A stretch of 64,000 nucleotides of DNA from Pelagomonas calceolata (lineage: Eukaryota). The stretch spans positions 2,604,001-2,668,000 of the forward strand of contig CAKKNE010000004.1 in the NCBI GenBank assembly GCA_918797485.1. The letters run 5' to 3'. This document shows positions 50,840-61,079 of the stretch, piece by piece (within the stretch, counting starts at the first letter, position 1; every line of letters starts with the position of its first letter). Both the position numbers and the translations under genes were made by a program. The notes beneath the pieces were generated by a model, which saw nothing but the letters and a program-made list of their open reading frames with translations, had not been told where the DNA came from and did not search any database.

Positions 50840-53386
50840 ATGCGTTGCGCCAGCCTTGTGTCGGGCCTGCTCGTCGCCCGCGCAGCAGCACAACTCGCGA
50901 CGTTCAAGCAGTGCGACGTCCGCGTCGAAGCCCTGGAACGCGGCGGCGGCTGCCTCGCCGTCGACGCGGCCGCAATCAACGCCACGCTCGCGCCGCCCGA
51001 GGGCACGACGGCCTGCGACGACAGCGCGACCTGGACGGACGGCACGAACGGCTGCGCCCAGTATGAGGCCGCCGCGGCGCGCGGCGACGACTGGTGCGAC
51101 GAGTTCGGGGCGCTCGGCGCCGCAACCGAGTGCTGCGTCTGCGGCGGCGGGCGAACGAGAGCCTTCAAATACAAAGTAGGTGACGCGGTCGTGGTCCGGA
51201 ATGCTCGCGCGCCGCTCGACGGCGTTGTGGACGCGGTGAGACCGGCGGCCGGCTTCGCCTACGACGTGAAAGTGACCGCGCGCTTCCGGAAGCCGGCAAT
51301 CTACCGTGTGAAGAGCGAGAGCGACCTGCAGCCCGGCCGGCGCCCGCGGAACGGCCTGCTCCTGCAGCCCTGTGCCTCATCGCCATCACTCCGCTGGCGG
51401 CTCGATATAGAGGGCGACGACGCGGTCCTAGCACACGCGGAAACCAACACAACAGTCGGCGACGCTGTAGACGGAGGGCGCTCGGACTCGCTGCGGTACG
51501 CGGACGAAACGAGCACGCCGCTTACGTTCCGCAAGCTCGGCCGCTGGGACGTCTACGAGATCTCGCGGGAGAGTTCTGTGAGGGAGTGCCTCGTCGGCGG
51601 GAAGTTTGGGAAGCCGGCCCTCGAGCAAGCGACGTGGGAGGCCTGCGGCGGGCCGAACGACGGCTTACCCTCTCGGTTGTGGCGTATTCGATGCGACGCC
51701 GGGGACGAGGGGGACGGGGCGCTCGTGGAGCGCATCGATGCGCTGCTGGCGCGGCCGGACGCGTCGACGCTACCGCCCTGGGAAGTCTTGGGCGTGGCCC
51801 GGAACGCCGAGCCTGCCGCCGTGAAGGGCGCCTTCCGGGAGCTGTCGCGGCTCCTACATCCCGATAAAAGGTCCTGGCTCGGCCGCAAGATTCCCGGAGA
51901 GAAACTTGTCAGGGCCTGTGTGGAAACCGTCGTGTCGACCCCCACGCCATCGACGCGACGCCTGCTCGATGGCGCGGGGTTGCGCCTGACGCACTGGTTG
52001 ATTTCCACGCAGGTGAGAGCGGACGCGCTCTTCGCGACGGCGCAAAAGGCCTACGATGGGCTCAAGAGCGGCGACGCCAAGGCGCGCGAGAAGTTCCGGT
52101 TGGACGCGGAGAAGGCCGAGCGCCTCTTTGGGACGTCGCAAGATGTCTTGGAGTTATCGCCCGAGGACGTGCTTGTTGATGAGAATGGCGCGCCGCGCGT
52201 GCGGCCCCAAGACAAAACGGTGGCGTGGGTCGTCGTGCTGTACAACCCGTCGTGCATGATGTCCCGAGCGGTCGCACCCCTCATAGAGCTCGCGGCCGCC
52301 CAGAGCGTCGAGACCCGCTTCGCGGCGTTCGCGTCTGTGTGGAAATCAACCAGTGAGTTAGGATACCTCTACGCCATCGAGCTGACGCGGTCACGGCGAC
52401 AGCGTCGCGTCGATGGCCTGGAAACTCCACGCCGTCGAGCAGACGCAGCTACGGAGACAACATCGCGTCGATGGCGTGAGGCGCCCGAAATTTAATTTCC
52501 ACACAGGTTCGCCTGCGGCGGGCACGGCTCCGAGAAGGTCGAGTTCGAGCGCAAGGGCTTCGCGGCCGTCTTCGAGGACCCGATCTGCCAGGCGCTCGAG
52601 CCGGGCTTCAGCGAGTCGCCGAGGATAGCGGCTGCGGCCGGCGCCGGCGACGGTCCAGCGCCGCGGCTCGTCTCGTTCGGGCGCGTGGCGGCGCCGGACC
52701 TGCCGGACCGCCTCCTAGCATACGCCACGAGGGCCGCGGCCCACGTCAAGGTCGCGGGCTCCATCGACCGCACGGACGACGTCGACGAATGGCATGCTCA
52801 AGGCGGACTGCGCGTGGCGCTGTACCTCGATGCGAGGCCCGACGCGGACAAGGCCGCGGCGGCGGCCGCGGAGGCCGCGGTGGCGGCTCGGGCGCGAGGT
52901 CTCCGCGCCGCGGGTGCTCGGATCCTCGTGGCGGCCTGCTTTGGGTCGGAGGGCTGCGGCGCGCAGGACGTCCGGTTTGCGCCGATGCTCCGCGTCTACG
53001 TTTCCGACGACGACGCCGCGGGTCAAAGTTTACTGGACGAGCCGCTCGTGGATGCCAGAGATGCGGCCATCGCCGTAAGCGCGCTGGAGCGGACCCTATT
53101 GGCCCTCCTTGGGCCGTCGGACGCCGTCGCCGTCGACGGCGACGACCAGACGTCATATGATGAGCCCGCGGAACTTCAGGGCGGCGGCTCCTGCGCCGGC
53201 GCGTCGTCGTCGTCGGCGCCGCGCGACGGCCTCGCGCCACCCGAAGCCCCGCGCCTCGATGGCCCGCGCACGGTGCCGCCGCGGCCGCAGCTCCCGGCTC
53301 GCGAGGCGCCGCTCTCGCGACGGGGCGGGAACTCGCAGCTGTATGGCGGGGCGCGGAGCGGTGGCGGGGGATTGATTGGGGGGTGA
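50840..53386 (+). CDS. Secreted/ER J-domain protein with thioredoxin-like region; exons 50840-51907, 52013-52326, 52507-53386
   Basis: Signal peptide; PWEVLGV...VKGAFRELSRLLHPDK (HPD); WVVVLYNPSCMMS. Splicing both introners keeps the frame into the 52685-53386 ORF. Confidence 0.8.
51908..52012 (+). mobile_element. Introner-type intron (GT-AG, 105 nt)
   Basis: TSD GTCAGGGC/GTGAGAGC; TIRs CTGTGTGGAAAC / GATTTCCACGCAG. Confidence 0.88.
52327..52506 (+). mobile_element. Introner-type intron (GT-AG, 180 nt)
   Basis: TSD GTTCGCGT/GTTCGCCT; TIRs CTGTGTGGAAATC / AATTTCCACACAG; closely similar to the 430-573 element. Confidence 0.92.
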
Positions 53387-53433
53387 GGTGTGTAAGTGAT
53401 ATCTGTAGTGTATATTTACACGAAGAAGCTTAA

Positions 53434-55059
53434 TCAGGGGGCGGGAGGCGCCGGCGCCGCAGCGGGTGGTGCGGGCGCGGCGGCAACAGCGGTCGGCGGC
53501 GGCGCGGCGGCCACGGCCACCGGAGCGGCGGCCGGCGCCACCGGAGCAGCAGCGACCGGAGCCACGGGAGCGGCGGGCGGCGCGGCGGGCGGCGCGGCCG
53601 GCACCGCGGCCGGCGCGACCGCCGCCGGCGCCGCGCCCGGCGCTGCGGGCGCGACGGCCGCGGGCGCGACCGGCGCGACGGCCGCCGCCGGCGCGCCCGG
53701 CGCGGCGGGGACAGGCGCCGGAGCCGGGGCCGCCGCGGCGCCGGGCGCGGGCGCCTTGGCCTTGTCGCCGCGCACGGCCGCCGAGAGCGGCATGGACAAT
53801 AGATCCGGCGCCGGCGCGGGCAGGTCGCCGCTCGTGACCAGGGACAGGAAGTTCTCGACGCTCGAGTTGCGGACCTCGGCGCGCATCGGCTTCGCGGCCG
53901 ACTGGAGCGGCGCGGCCTCGACGCGCGGGCGCTTCGCGTCGCCCTCGGTCGCGGACGGCGCCTCGCGCTTCACGGGCGCCGCGGCGGGCGGCGGCGCCGC
54001 CGCGGCCGCGGCCGGCGGCGGCAGCGCGACGGGCGCCGGCAGCGGCGCCGACGACCCCGAGGCCTCGATGAGCTTCGAGAAGGACGGCCACGACGACATG
54101 CCCGGAGCGGCCCCGGGCGTCTCGAAGCCCTTGAGGTCTTTGGCGGACGGCCAGGACGGCAGGGGCTCGCCGACGGACGCGAAAGACCCGCCGCGCGGCC
54201 GCGCGCCCAGGCCTAACGAGGAGAGCGACGCGTCCGACGGTAACGTGGGGAGCTTGAGGCCTTCTAACGCTGCTTTAGCTCGCGCCTGGTCGACGGCCGG
54301 CACGGGAGGTTTGGGCGGTTCTACTACCGGTCGCTGCCCATAATCTCTAGGTAGGCCAAACGGCGCCGCGATCGCCACGGCGCCCGCGCCGGCCCTTACG
54401 GTAGGCGCCTCGGAGGGCTGCGCGTGCGGCGGCAAGAGCCAGGGGGCCACCAAAGGCCGCTGCTGGGCTGCCGCTAACGCTCCGGTCGGGCCCTTGTCCT
54501 TGGCGCCCTTGCCCGTCGCCTTGGCGCTGCGATGAGATTGTGCTACTCTAGTGAGAAAGCGCCTTTCGAGCTCGGCTAATTCAAACCTAGCTCGTTTGAT
54601 GTCTTCTGGAGATAAACGGTCCATCTCGAGCTGCCTTCTCCTAAAAACTTGCTTGCCGATGCAGTTCTGGCCGACGAACTTTTTGGAAATGCGCATCGGG
54701 TCGCAATTCAATAGCTTCGATAGGAACGTTCTTAATGTAGTACCGTCCGTCAATGGCAATAATCCAAGCTTGAACTCGTGGATCAACCGATTCGCGTAGG
54801 CCTCCTCCTCGACGGTCCACTTGCCCCTCCTCAGTCCGTTCTCCCTCCGACCTTTCGGCGGACCCTTGTCGTCGTCTTTCAATCTAGACGAGGGCTTCGC
54901 CGAGACTTTTATAGGAGGCTTCGGCGGCGGCGGCGGCGGCGGCGGCGGCTCGGGCGCGGCCTTGGCCTCGATGAGCGAATTGAGCTCGGCGATCGCGCCG
55001 TCGGCGGCCTCGGCGCCGGTCGGCGGCTTTTGCGGGGGCTTGAGGGAGGCGGTGACCAT
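53434..55059 (-). CDS. Stramenopile-type Myb/SANT-like putative transcription factor with Ala/Pro-rich tail
   Basis: LRRGKWTVEEEAYANRLIHEFKLGLLPLTDGTTLRTFLSKLLNCDPMRISKKF. Confidence 0.75.
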   Translation of the reverse strand: MVTASLKPPQKPPTGAEAADGAIAELNSLIEAKAAPEPPPPPPPPPKPPIKVSAKPSSRLKDDDKGPPKGRRENGLRRGKWTVEEEAYANRLIHEFKLGLLPLTDGTTLRTFLSKLLNCDPMRISKKFVGQNCIGKQVFRRRQLEMDRLSPEDIKRARFELAELERRFLTRVAQSHRSAKATGKGAKDKGPTGALAAAQQRPLVAPWLLPPHAQPSEAPTVRAGAGAVAIAAPFGLPRDYGQRPVVEPPKPPVPAVDQARAKAALEGLKLPTLPSDASLSSLGLGARPRGGSFASVGEPLPSWPSAKDLKGFETPGAAPGMSSWPSFSKLIEASGSSAPLPAPVALPPPAAAAAAPPPAAAPVKREAPSATEGDAKRPRVEAAPLQSAAKPMRAEVRNSSVENFLSLVTSGDLPAPAPDLLSMPLSAAVRGDKAKAPAPGAAAAPAPAPVPAAPGAPAAAVAPVAPAAVAPAAPGAAPAAVAPAAVPAAPPAAPPAAPVAPVAAAPVAPAAAPVAVAAAPPPTAVAAAPAPPAAAPAPPAP

Positions 55060-55680
55060 CCTGTCGATGGAGCGCGGCTGTGCGGGCTCGCGAGGCGGCG
55101 CGAGGGTTTATTTAGAGCGCTGAGGGGCTGGATTTTAGCAGTCTGGTCCCCAGAGCTGCTTTATAGCTTGCGCGTCTCGTTTTTTTTGCGGCTGGCTTGC
55201 CTTTCGAGCTCGTCTGCGATACGCTGAGCTTAGCCCGGCGCCTCTCGTTAATCAATACGTCGCCGCGCTCCGCTGGCCAAGCTCAAAGACGACGTCAAAG
55301 AGCAAGTGAGTCCTGCCGACCACCTAGGAGCCTGTATTCCGACCCCTACCATCAATACACTGCCCCGGACACGTCCTCGAGAAAAAGAAACGGCCTCCGG
55401 GGAGCGAAATGCCATTCCAGCCCCAAAACAGCCCTCAACGCGCTCGGCGAGCGCTCCGGACCGCTCGGAAGACGCCCCGACCCCCAAACAAACGCGGACA
55501 ACCAAAGTGTCGTGGCGGAAGCAGCAAAGTGAAGCGGAAGCAATTGAGGTAAGAAGGCCTCGCCTTTGAAGGTGCCAGGCACCACACAAACGCCAGCGCA
55601 CGCGGCAGCGAGCGCCCAGGACCTCGAACCCTCGTTCCGCACGCGCGACCGGGGTTTGGGCTGCCTCCCGCCGCGTCGCC

Positions 55681-56118
55681 ATGGCCACGGCCGCTGCCCC
55701 CGAGAGTGAGGACCCCCAGAGGCCCACTGATACTGCCGCCGGCGCGCTCCTGGCCTGCCTGAGCGACGCCTGCGCGAGCCCGGCGGCCGCCTACCGCCCG
55801 GCGCCGCCCGACGCCGTCGCGGCCGCCGTCGCGCTGCTCGCGCGTCCCGCGGCCCAGATCTCGAGCGACGACGACGACTCGTCCAAAACCTCGAGCCTGC
55901 ACGGCTCCGAGAGCTCGAAGTCGCTGAGCTCGAGCCCGCCGCCGTCGCAGCGCGAAGCGACCGAGCAGTCGAGGAAGGACATCCGCCGGGAACGCAACCG
56001 CCAGCACGCGCGGGTCTCTAGGGAACGCAAGCGGAAAAAGATGCAGTCCCTCGAGGAGGAGAACGTCGCGCTCAAGGCGCGCGTCGCCGAGCTCGAGGCC
56101 GCGCTGGCCGCGCGCTGA
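55681..56118 (+). CDS. bZIP transcription factor
   Basis: RRERNRQHARVSRERKRKKMQSLEEENVALKARVAEL. Confidence 0.88.
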   Translation: MATAAAPESEDPQRPTDTAAGALLACLSDACASPAAAYRPAPPDAVAAAVALLARPAAQISSDDDDSSKTSSLHGSESSKSLSSSPPPSQREATEQSRKDIRRERNRQHARVSRERKRKKMQSLEEENVALKARVAELEAALAAR

Positions 56119-56134
56119 CCCCCCTTCTCGCTAC

Positions 56135-56599
56135 TTAATTATCTTCTTTAGTCACCTCCTCTTCAGTTCGCTTCTTCGCCTCGCGGACGCGCTCCACCGT
56201 CGCGTCCAAGTCCGAGTCCAGCAGCCGGTGGCGGAGCACGGGCCTTCCTGTATTCTCGTCGACGCGCCAGTCGCTGCGCGGCTTGAATTTTAAGTTCTGG
56301 AGGCGGCCGTGGGCCTTGGTGCGTTTTTTGGACCTCGAGATGCGCGACTTTGGCACCGCGAACCAGAGATGATGGTCGTCGTCCGCGGGCGCGGCGGCGG
56401 CATCGTCGTAGGGCGCGGAGCCGGCGTCGCAGGGCGCGCCGGCGTCGCAGGGCGTGCCGGCGTCGTAGGGCGCGGCGCCGGCGAGCACGGGTCTCGGCGC
56501 TACGACGAGGTCGAGGAGGCGCAGCGACGCCTGCGGCAGCGCGAGGCGCAGCTGCGCGCGCCAGAGGCCGAGCGGCCGTCGGAGGAGGCGGGTCAGCAT
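56135..56599 (-). CDS. MRPL32: Mitochondrial ribosomal protein bL32m
   Basis: Presequence MLTRLLRR; LWFAVPKSRISRSKKR...GRPVLRHRL. Confidence 0.75.
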   Translation of the reverse strand: MLTRLLRRPLGLWRAQLRLALPQASLRLLDLVVAPRPVLAGAAPYDAGTPCDAGAPCDAGSAPYDDAAAAPADDDHHLWFAVPKSRISRSKKRTKAHGRLQNLKFKPRSDWRVDENTGRPVLRHRLLDSDLDATVERVREAKKRTEEEVTKEDN

Positions 56600-56934
56600 C
56601 TCTTTGCTAGTTGTTGCGGCACGTTTGTTGTGCCCTCGCCGATCGATGCGCGCCGGTCGCGGCTTGCTGGTGTGCTGGCTGCTAGGAGTGGCTGCTTGTT
56701 CAGGCAAGGCACCGCGGTTTCGCAGAGATCAATGTGCAGCAGCAGCGGCGGCGATGGCGTCGCGGTACTCTGCACACTACGCCGTCGACGTGTAAGCGAG
56801 CAGCGCCGTGCAACAAGTCTGGCTCAGCCAAAGGAGGCTGAAAAATCGGGTTCGCGACTCATACATCTACGCGTCGCGACGGGACGACGCCGCGACGGAG
56901 AGCGGCCGCTCCAAGACCAGAAACAACTAGTTAG

Positions 56935-57828
56935 TTAAACGCCGAGGCGGGTCCACGCGTCCGCGAGGTCCTCCTCGACCGGCGGCCGCTGCGGCAGCTC
57001 CGCGGGATGCCGCTTCTCCCGATTTATGCGATCATCCGCATCCACAAGCTCATAATCCTTGACCGTGTTCGTCCGTAGCGGCCCGTCCGACAGCCCGTTC
57101 CGCCGTCGCAATTCCTTGAACGCGGCGAGGTCGTGGTACGGTAGTCCTGTTCTAGGACATTTGTAACGAGCCACCTTCCCCGTGATGCAGCACTTCTTAT
57201 CGGGTACTTGTGGAGGTCTTTGATCACCGTACAGCACGTCGGGCATGTGGTCGGTCTTCGGGAAATTGACGACGTTCCCTTCGCGCGACGAATATCGCCG
57301 GGGATGCATGCCGAAGTTTTTGGGAGGTCGCACGATCCCAGAATCGTCATTAGCTAAAGCGTCTCGTTTTTGTTTTATCAACCACCTCCTATTTTCTTCC
57401 TCCGTCTCGAGGGCCTCCATCAACACGTCGTACTGCTTCGGGATGACATACGGTTCTTTTTTTCGTTTCGGTTTTTCACCGTCACTCGTGGGCGTGCCCG
57501 GTCGCGGCGACTTCGGTCTTGGTCTTCTCTTGACCTTCTCGTCCACACTAGGTGGATCGGGCTCGCCTTCGCGCTTCATGAGCGAGGGCTTCACGTTCAG
57601 CTCGTCGTCGCCGTCGTCATACAGTATATCATAGGTCTTGTCGTCGTTCATGGCGATCACTTTCCCGGGGAACCACTCGGGCCGGCCGTCCCACCTTGCT
57701 TCTACTCTATCCCCGATCTCATACGTCCTGTTGGCGTGTTCTTGCGCTTTTTCGTTGGCGGCGTCTTGCTCGGCGAATCTTGCGCTTCTACGTGCGGGGG
57801 CCGCGGCGCGCTTTCTTCTTGGCGGCAT
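56935..57828 (-). CDS. Tudor + YL1 C-terminal domain protein (Vps72/Ies6-like)
   Basis: GDRVEARWDGRPEWFPGKV...YDILYDDGD; CCITGKVARYKCPRTGLPYHDLAAFKELR. Confidence 0.75.
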   Translation of the reverse strand: MPPRRKRAAAPARRSARFAEQDAANEKAQEHANRTYEIGDRVEARWDGRPEWFPGKVIAMNDDKTYDILYDDGDDELNVKPSLMKREGEPDPPSVDEKVKRRPRPKSPRPGTPTSDGEKPKRKKEPYVIPKQYDVLMEALETEEENRRWLIKQKRDALANDDSGIVRPPKNFGMHPRRYSSREGNVVNFPKTDHMPDVLYGDQRPPQVPDKKCCITGKVARYKCPRTGLPYHDLAAFKELRRRNGLSDGPLRTNTVKDYELVDADDRINREKRHPAELPQRPPVEEDLADAWTRLGV

Positions 57829-58311
57829 CGTCTCGCGGTGCCTTTGCCGGAGCGACTCCTACTCGCGTTGTGGCCGCACTTTTGGCTGTGGCGCGTCGAT
57901 GGCGTGCAGGTGGTGCTTGCCTGAAACGTGCGGTGTCCTTGTCGACGCGGCTCCTACTCGCGCTGCGGCTGCGCTTTGGGCTGCCTTGCCTTTTGTAAGC
58001 AATAAGGACTGCGCTTCGTGTCTGCTGCCGGCAGAATGCAGCGATTGGCAAAATAAATGATGACTAACACCTGCGCTGTTATCCTGCGTGCGTATTTCGC
58101 ACTTTACAGCCGGTTTTTGCACAGGCTCTCTGGACTCTAGTATGTCTCTTCACTTAGCTGCGTTTGGCCGCGCGCGCCAAAATCTCTCAGTCCAGCGCAG
58201 CCACGCTAGTCAAACTGCGGTCTGAATCCGTCGCGTGCTTGCCTTACCCGGACCGGCCCGACGAGTTTCTTCAAAGGCCCCCTCACATTGCTAAGAACCC
58301 ACAAAAGCGCC

Positions 58312-59538
58312 ATGGCCGAGGTAGTCGACCTCTGCGCGTCGAGCGACGACGAGGCGCCGCCGGGGCCACCGGTGCGGCGCCAGCACACCCAGCCAGAAAG
58401 CATCGAGATCTCGTCCGACGAAGAGGCGGCCGCGCCGGCGCCGGCGCCGCGCCCGGCGGACGACGACGACGAGGCGGCGCCGGCGCCGGCGCCGGCGCCG
58501 CGCCCGGCGGACGAGGACGAGGACGACGAGGACTTCCTGGCGTTCTTCAGCAGCCGACGGGGACCGGCGCCAGCACCAGCACCGGCACCACCACCGCCAC
58601 CGATGCGACGGCAACCCACGGCGCCGACGCAAGACCTCTGCAGCGACGACGAGGCGCCACCCGCGCCGCGGCCGTCCGTCGACGCCGTCGACCTCACCGC
58701 GAGCCCGCCGCCGCCGCGCAAGCGCCCGCGCGAGGCACCGCCAGCGCCGCCGCCACCGCCTCCAACACTACCGCAGACGATCACGGCGCGCGCGAGCGAG
58801 GCCTTCGCGAGCCGCTGGCCCGACGCAAGTGGCGCCTTCGCCACACCACAGTCAATCAAAGACGCGCCGCCCGCCAATGCATTTAGAAGGGCGCTGCGCC
58901 AGACCGCGAGCGTCGAGTTCTACGGCGGTTCGAGGCCGCTGCGCCACTGTCTGTGCGTCATCGACGCGCGCGACGGCCGCGACGCCGCGGTTCAAGCCCA
59001 TGAAAGGCTCGCCCAAATACTAGACGACTCTATTTGTGTGTGCGCGCTGGTTTGTGCCGTCGATCGGCCGGAGTGGGCCGACGCCGTTATCAAGCTGGAG
59101 CGGCGTCATTCCCGATTAGTGACGCGCCTCATCTGGGTCCAGCGGGGCGCCAATGCCCAGAAGGCCGTCGCGACGTGGGCGCGGACGTACGCGCGGCGCT
59201 TCGACCGGACGAGAGGCAAGAACAACGACGACCCGCTGGACTTTCTGCACGGCCAGTGCGTCGACGACGTGAAGCGCTGGAAGCGGGCGCGACCGACCAA
59301 ACACGCCGACGCGTGGGCGCCGGCGCTGAACACTCTGTTACCTGACGCGGCGGCGGAGGCCGTCTCTACAGCATTTCCCTCCTATTCGAGGCTGGTCGAG
59401 GCCCTGCGGAGCGAGGGCCCCGACTGCGTCGCGCGCGTGCCGAAGAAGACGGCGAAGGAGCGCTGCGTCGGGCCCGCGGCGGCGGCGCGGCTCCGCAGCC
59501 TTCTGACATCGGAGAACCCGGACTTCGTGGGGTCCTAA
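58312..59538 (+). CDS. EME1/MMS4-like non-catalytic nuclease partner with N-terminal SIM-like motifs
   Basis: AEAVSTAFPSYSRLVEAL and VGPAAAARLRSLLTSENPD resemble the EME1 HhH region; VVDLC/IEISSDEE/AVDLT motifs. Confidence 0.55.
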   Translation: MAEVVDLCASSDDEAPPGPPVRRQHTQPESIEISSDEEAAAPAPAPRPADDDDEAAPAPAPAPRPADEDEDDEDFLAFFSSRRGPAPAPAPAPPPPPMRRQPTAPTQDLCSDDEAPPAPRPSVDAVDLTASPPPPRKRPREAPPAPPPPPPTLPQTITARASEAFASRWPDASGAFATPQSIKDAPPANAFRRALRQTASVEFYGGSRPLRHCLCVIDARDGRDAAVQAHERLAQILDDSICVCALVCAVDRPEWADAVIKLERRHSRLVTRLIWVQRGANAQKAVATWARTYARRFDRTRGKNNDDPLDFLHGQCVDDVKRWKRARPTKHADAWAPALNTLLPDAAAEAVSTAFPSYSRLVEALRSEGPDCVARVPKKTAKERCVGPAAAARLRSLLTSENPDFVGS

Positions 59539-59620
59539 GAGAGCTTGTTTGTAGCTACGGTCGCGTCGATGGCGTCCCTGGGCTTGCCCTGCGGCGGGCA
59601 AGTGCGCCGGAAAACTTGGG

Positions 59621-59640
59621 CTAGCGGTGTAAGACACTAG
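59621..59640. promoter_or_regulatory. CTAG-N12-CTAG motif (2-bp shorter variant)
   Basis: CTAGCGGTGTAAGACACTAG upstream of SmF. Confidence 0.6.
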
Positions 59641-59897
59641 CAAACAGGCTTGGGCCGGCAAAACTCGACAGCGAGGCCTTAGAACAGGCACTCGTGCTCT
59701 GCCGAAGAGAAAAGATACTACTGCAGCGCTCCGGCCACCTGTACTACGTGACAGCTTAGGCCTGTATAAGCAGCGAGGCCAAGGCGGTAGCGCGCAGCAG
59801 CGGCGAGGTAGCGAGGCGCGCGAAGCGAAGCCCAAGAGGCGCGCGCGTCCACGACCGATAGTGAAGCAGTTGAGGACACGGAGGACGCTCTGCGACC

Positions 59898-60250
59898 ATG
59901 TCCATCGTCAACCCCAAGCCGCACTGCGCCGCGCATCAATCAAACGTCGTGGCGGCCACGCCATGGACGCGACGCTGCTCGACTGGCGCACAGACTCACT
60001 GGTTTTATCGGCGCGCAGGTTCCTCAACGACCTCACGGGAAAAGATGTTATCGTGAAACTGAAATGGGGCATGGAGTACGAGGGCAAGCTGCTGAGCGTC
60101 GACTCGTACATGAATGTGCAATTAGGCGACGCCAAGGAGTACATCGACGGCCAGCTCGCGGGCGCGCTCGGCGAGATCTTGATTCGGTGCAACAACGTCA
60201 TGTACATGCGGCAGAGCCCGGCGGGCGGCCTCGCGGCGATGGAGGAGTAA
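59898..60250 (+). CDS. SNRPF: snRNP core protein SmF; exons 59898-59920 and 60019-60250 (GC-AG intron)
   Basis: Spliced product [43 protein letters not shown]...[15 protein letters not shown]. Confidence 0.93.
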
Positions 60251-60330
60251 GTTAGACAGTACAGGGGGGAGGATGGGGGAGGGAAGGAACAGGCATCGCG
60301 GCGATGGAGGAGTAAGTTAGACAATACAAG
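60231..60330. repeat. Direct duplication of the SmF 3' end (period 65 bp)
   Basis: TCGCGGCGATGGAGGAGTAAGTTAGACA at 60231 and 60296. Confidence 0.85.
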
Positions 60331-60356
60331 AGAGGGGACTTGGGGGAGGATATCGA

Positions 60357-61079
60357 TCAGGTCCAGACCGGCGCGGGCACCTCCTCCGCGCTCGCGACGA
60401 TCGGTGGTGCGGCGGGGGACTCGGGGTCCGCCTTGGCCATCTGGCCGTCGTCGACCACAACATGCGTCGCCATCTGGATGACCGCCGGCGCCTCCGGCGC
60501 CGGCCGCCGTCGGGACACGAAGACGCCCGCGCCGACGCCCACGAGTAAGAGCAGGACACCTATAACGACGAGGACCTCGGTAGACGCCGTGGCCGGCGCG
60601 TCGTCGTCGTCGTCGCTCGTGGGATGGGACCCGTCCCAGCACGATAAACGAACCGAAAAGATGTTCCAGCAGCGGCCGTAGTGAAACGCGTTGTTCTGGT
60701 AGAAGAAGCAGGACCACGGGTCCGTCTCCTGCTTGCGGCACTGGCCATCGGTAAAATTAAACGACGCGTCCAGGTCGTTGCCGCAGCCGTGGCTGTCGTA
60801 CGTCGTCATCCAGATTTTCGACTCTGATGACCATGCTGAACACGCCGACGCGTCGATCCTCATGCTCACGGGGATTTCGTCCTCGTAGATGTCGAGGCAG
60901 GCCACATCGTCAACACTTTCGTGCGGATTCTGGAGGTTCGTCCAGTGGGCGTCGGCCCACGACAGCGTGTGGCTCTCGCACGGGCCGCTCCCGGGCTCGC
61001 CCGAATCGTAGCCCTCCATGCGGAAGCCGGCCTCGGTGGACCATGCCAGGAGGACGAGGAGGAGGAGGCAGCGCATCAT
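60357..61079 (-). CDS. Type I membrane protein with Cys-containing ectodomain
   Basis: Signal peptide MMRCLLLLVLLAWSTEA; TM VLVVIGVLLLLVGVGAGVFV followed by RRR. Confidence 0.7.
   Translation of the reverse strand: MMRCLLLLVLLAWSTEAGFRMEGYDSGEPGSGPCESHTLSWADAHWTNLQNPHESVDDVACLDIYEDEIPVSMRIDASACSAWSSESKIWMTTYDSHGCGNDLDASFNFTDGQCRKQETDPWSCFFYQNNAFHYGRCWNIFSVRLSCWDGSHPTSDDDDDAPATASTEVLVVIGVLLLLVGVGAGVFVSRRRPAPEAPAVIQMATHVVVDDGQMAKADPESPAAPPIVASAEEVPAPVWT

Noticed and set aside
430..52506. Excess of 3n-length introner-type introns (6 of 8)
   Set aside because: The sample is too small, and four of the six contain in-frame stops.
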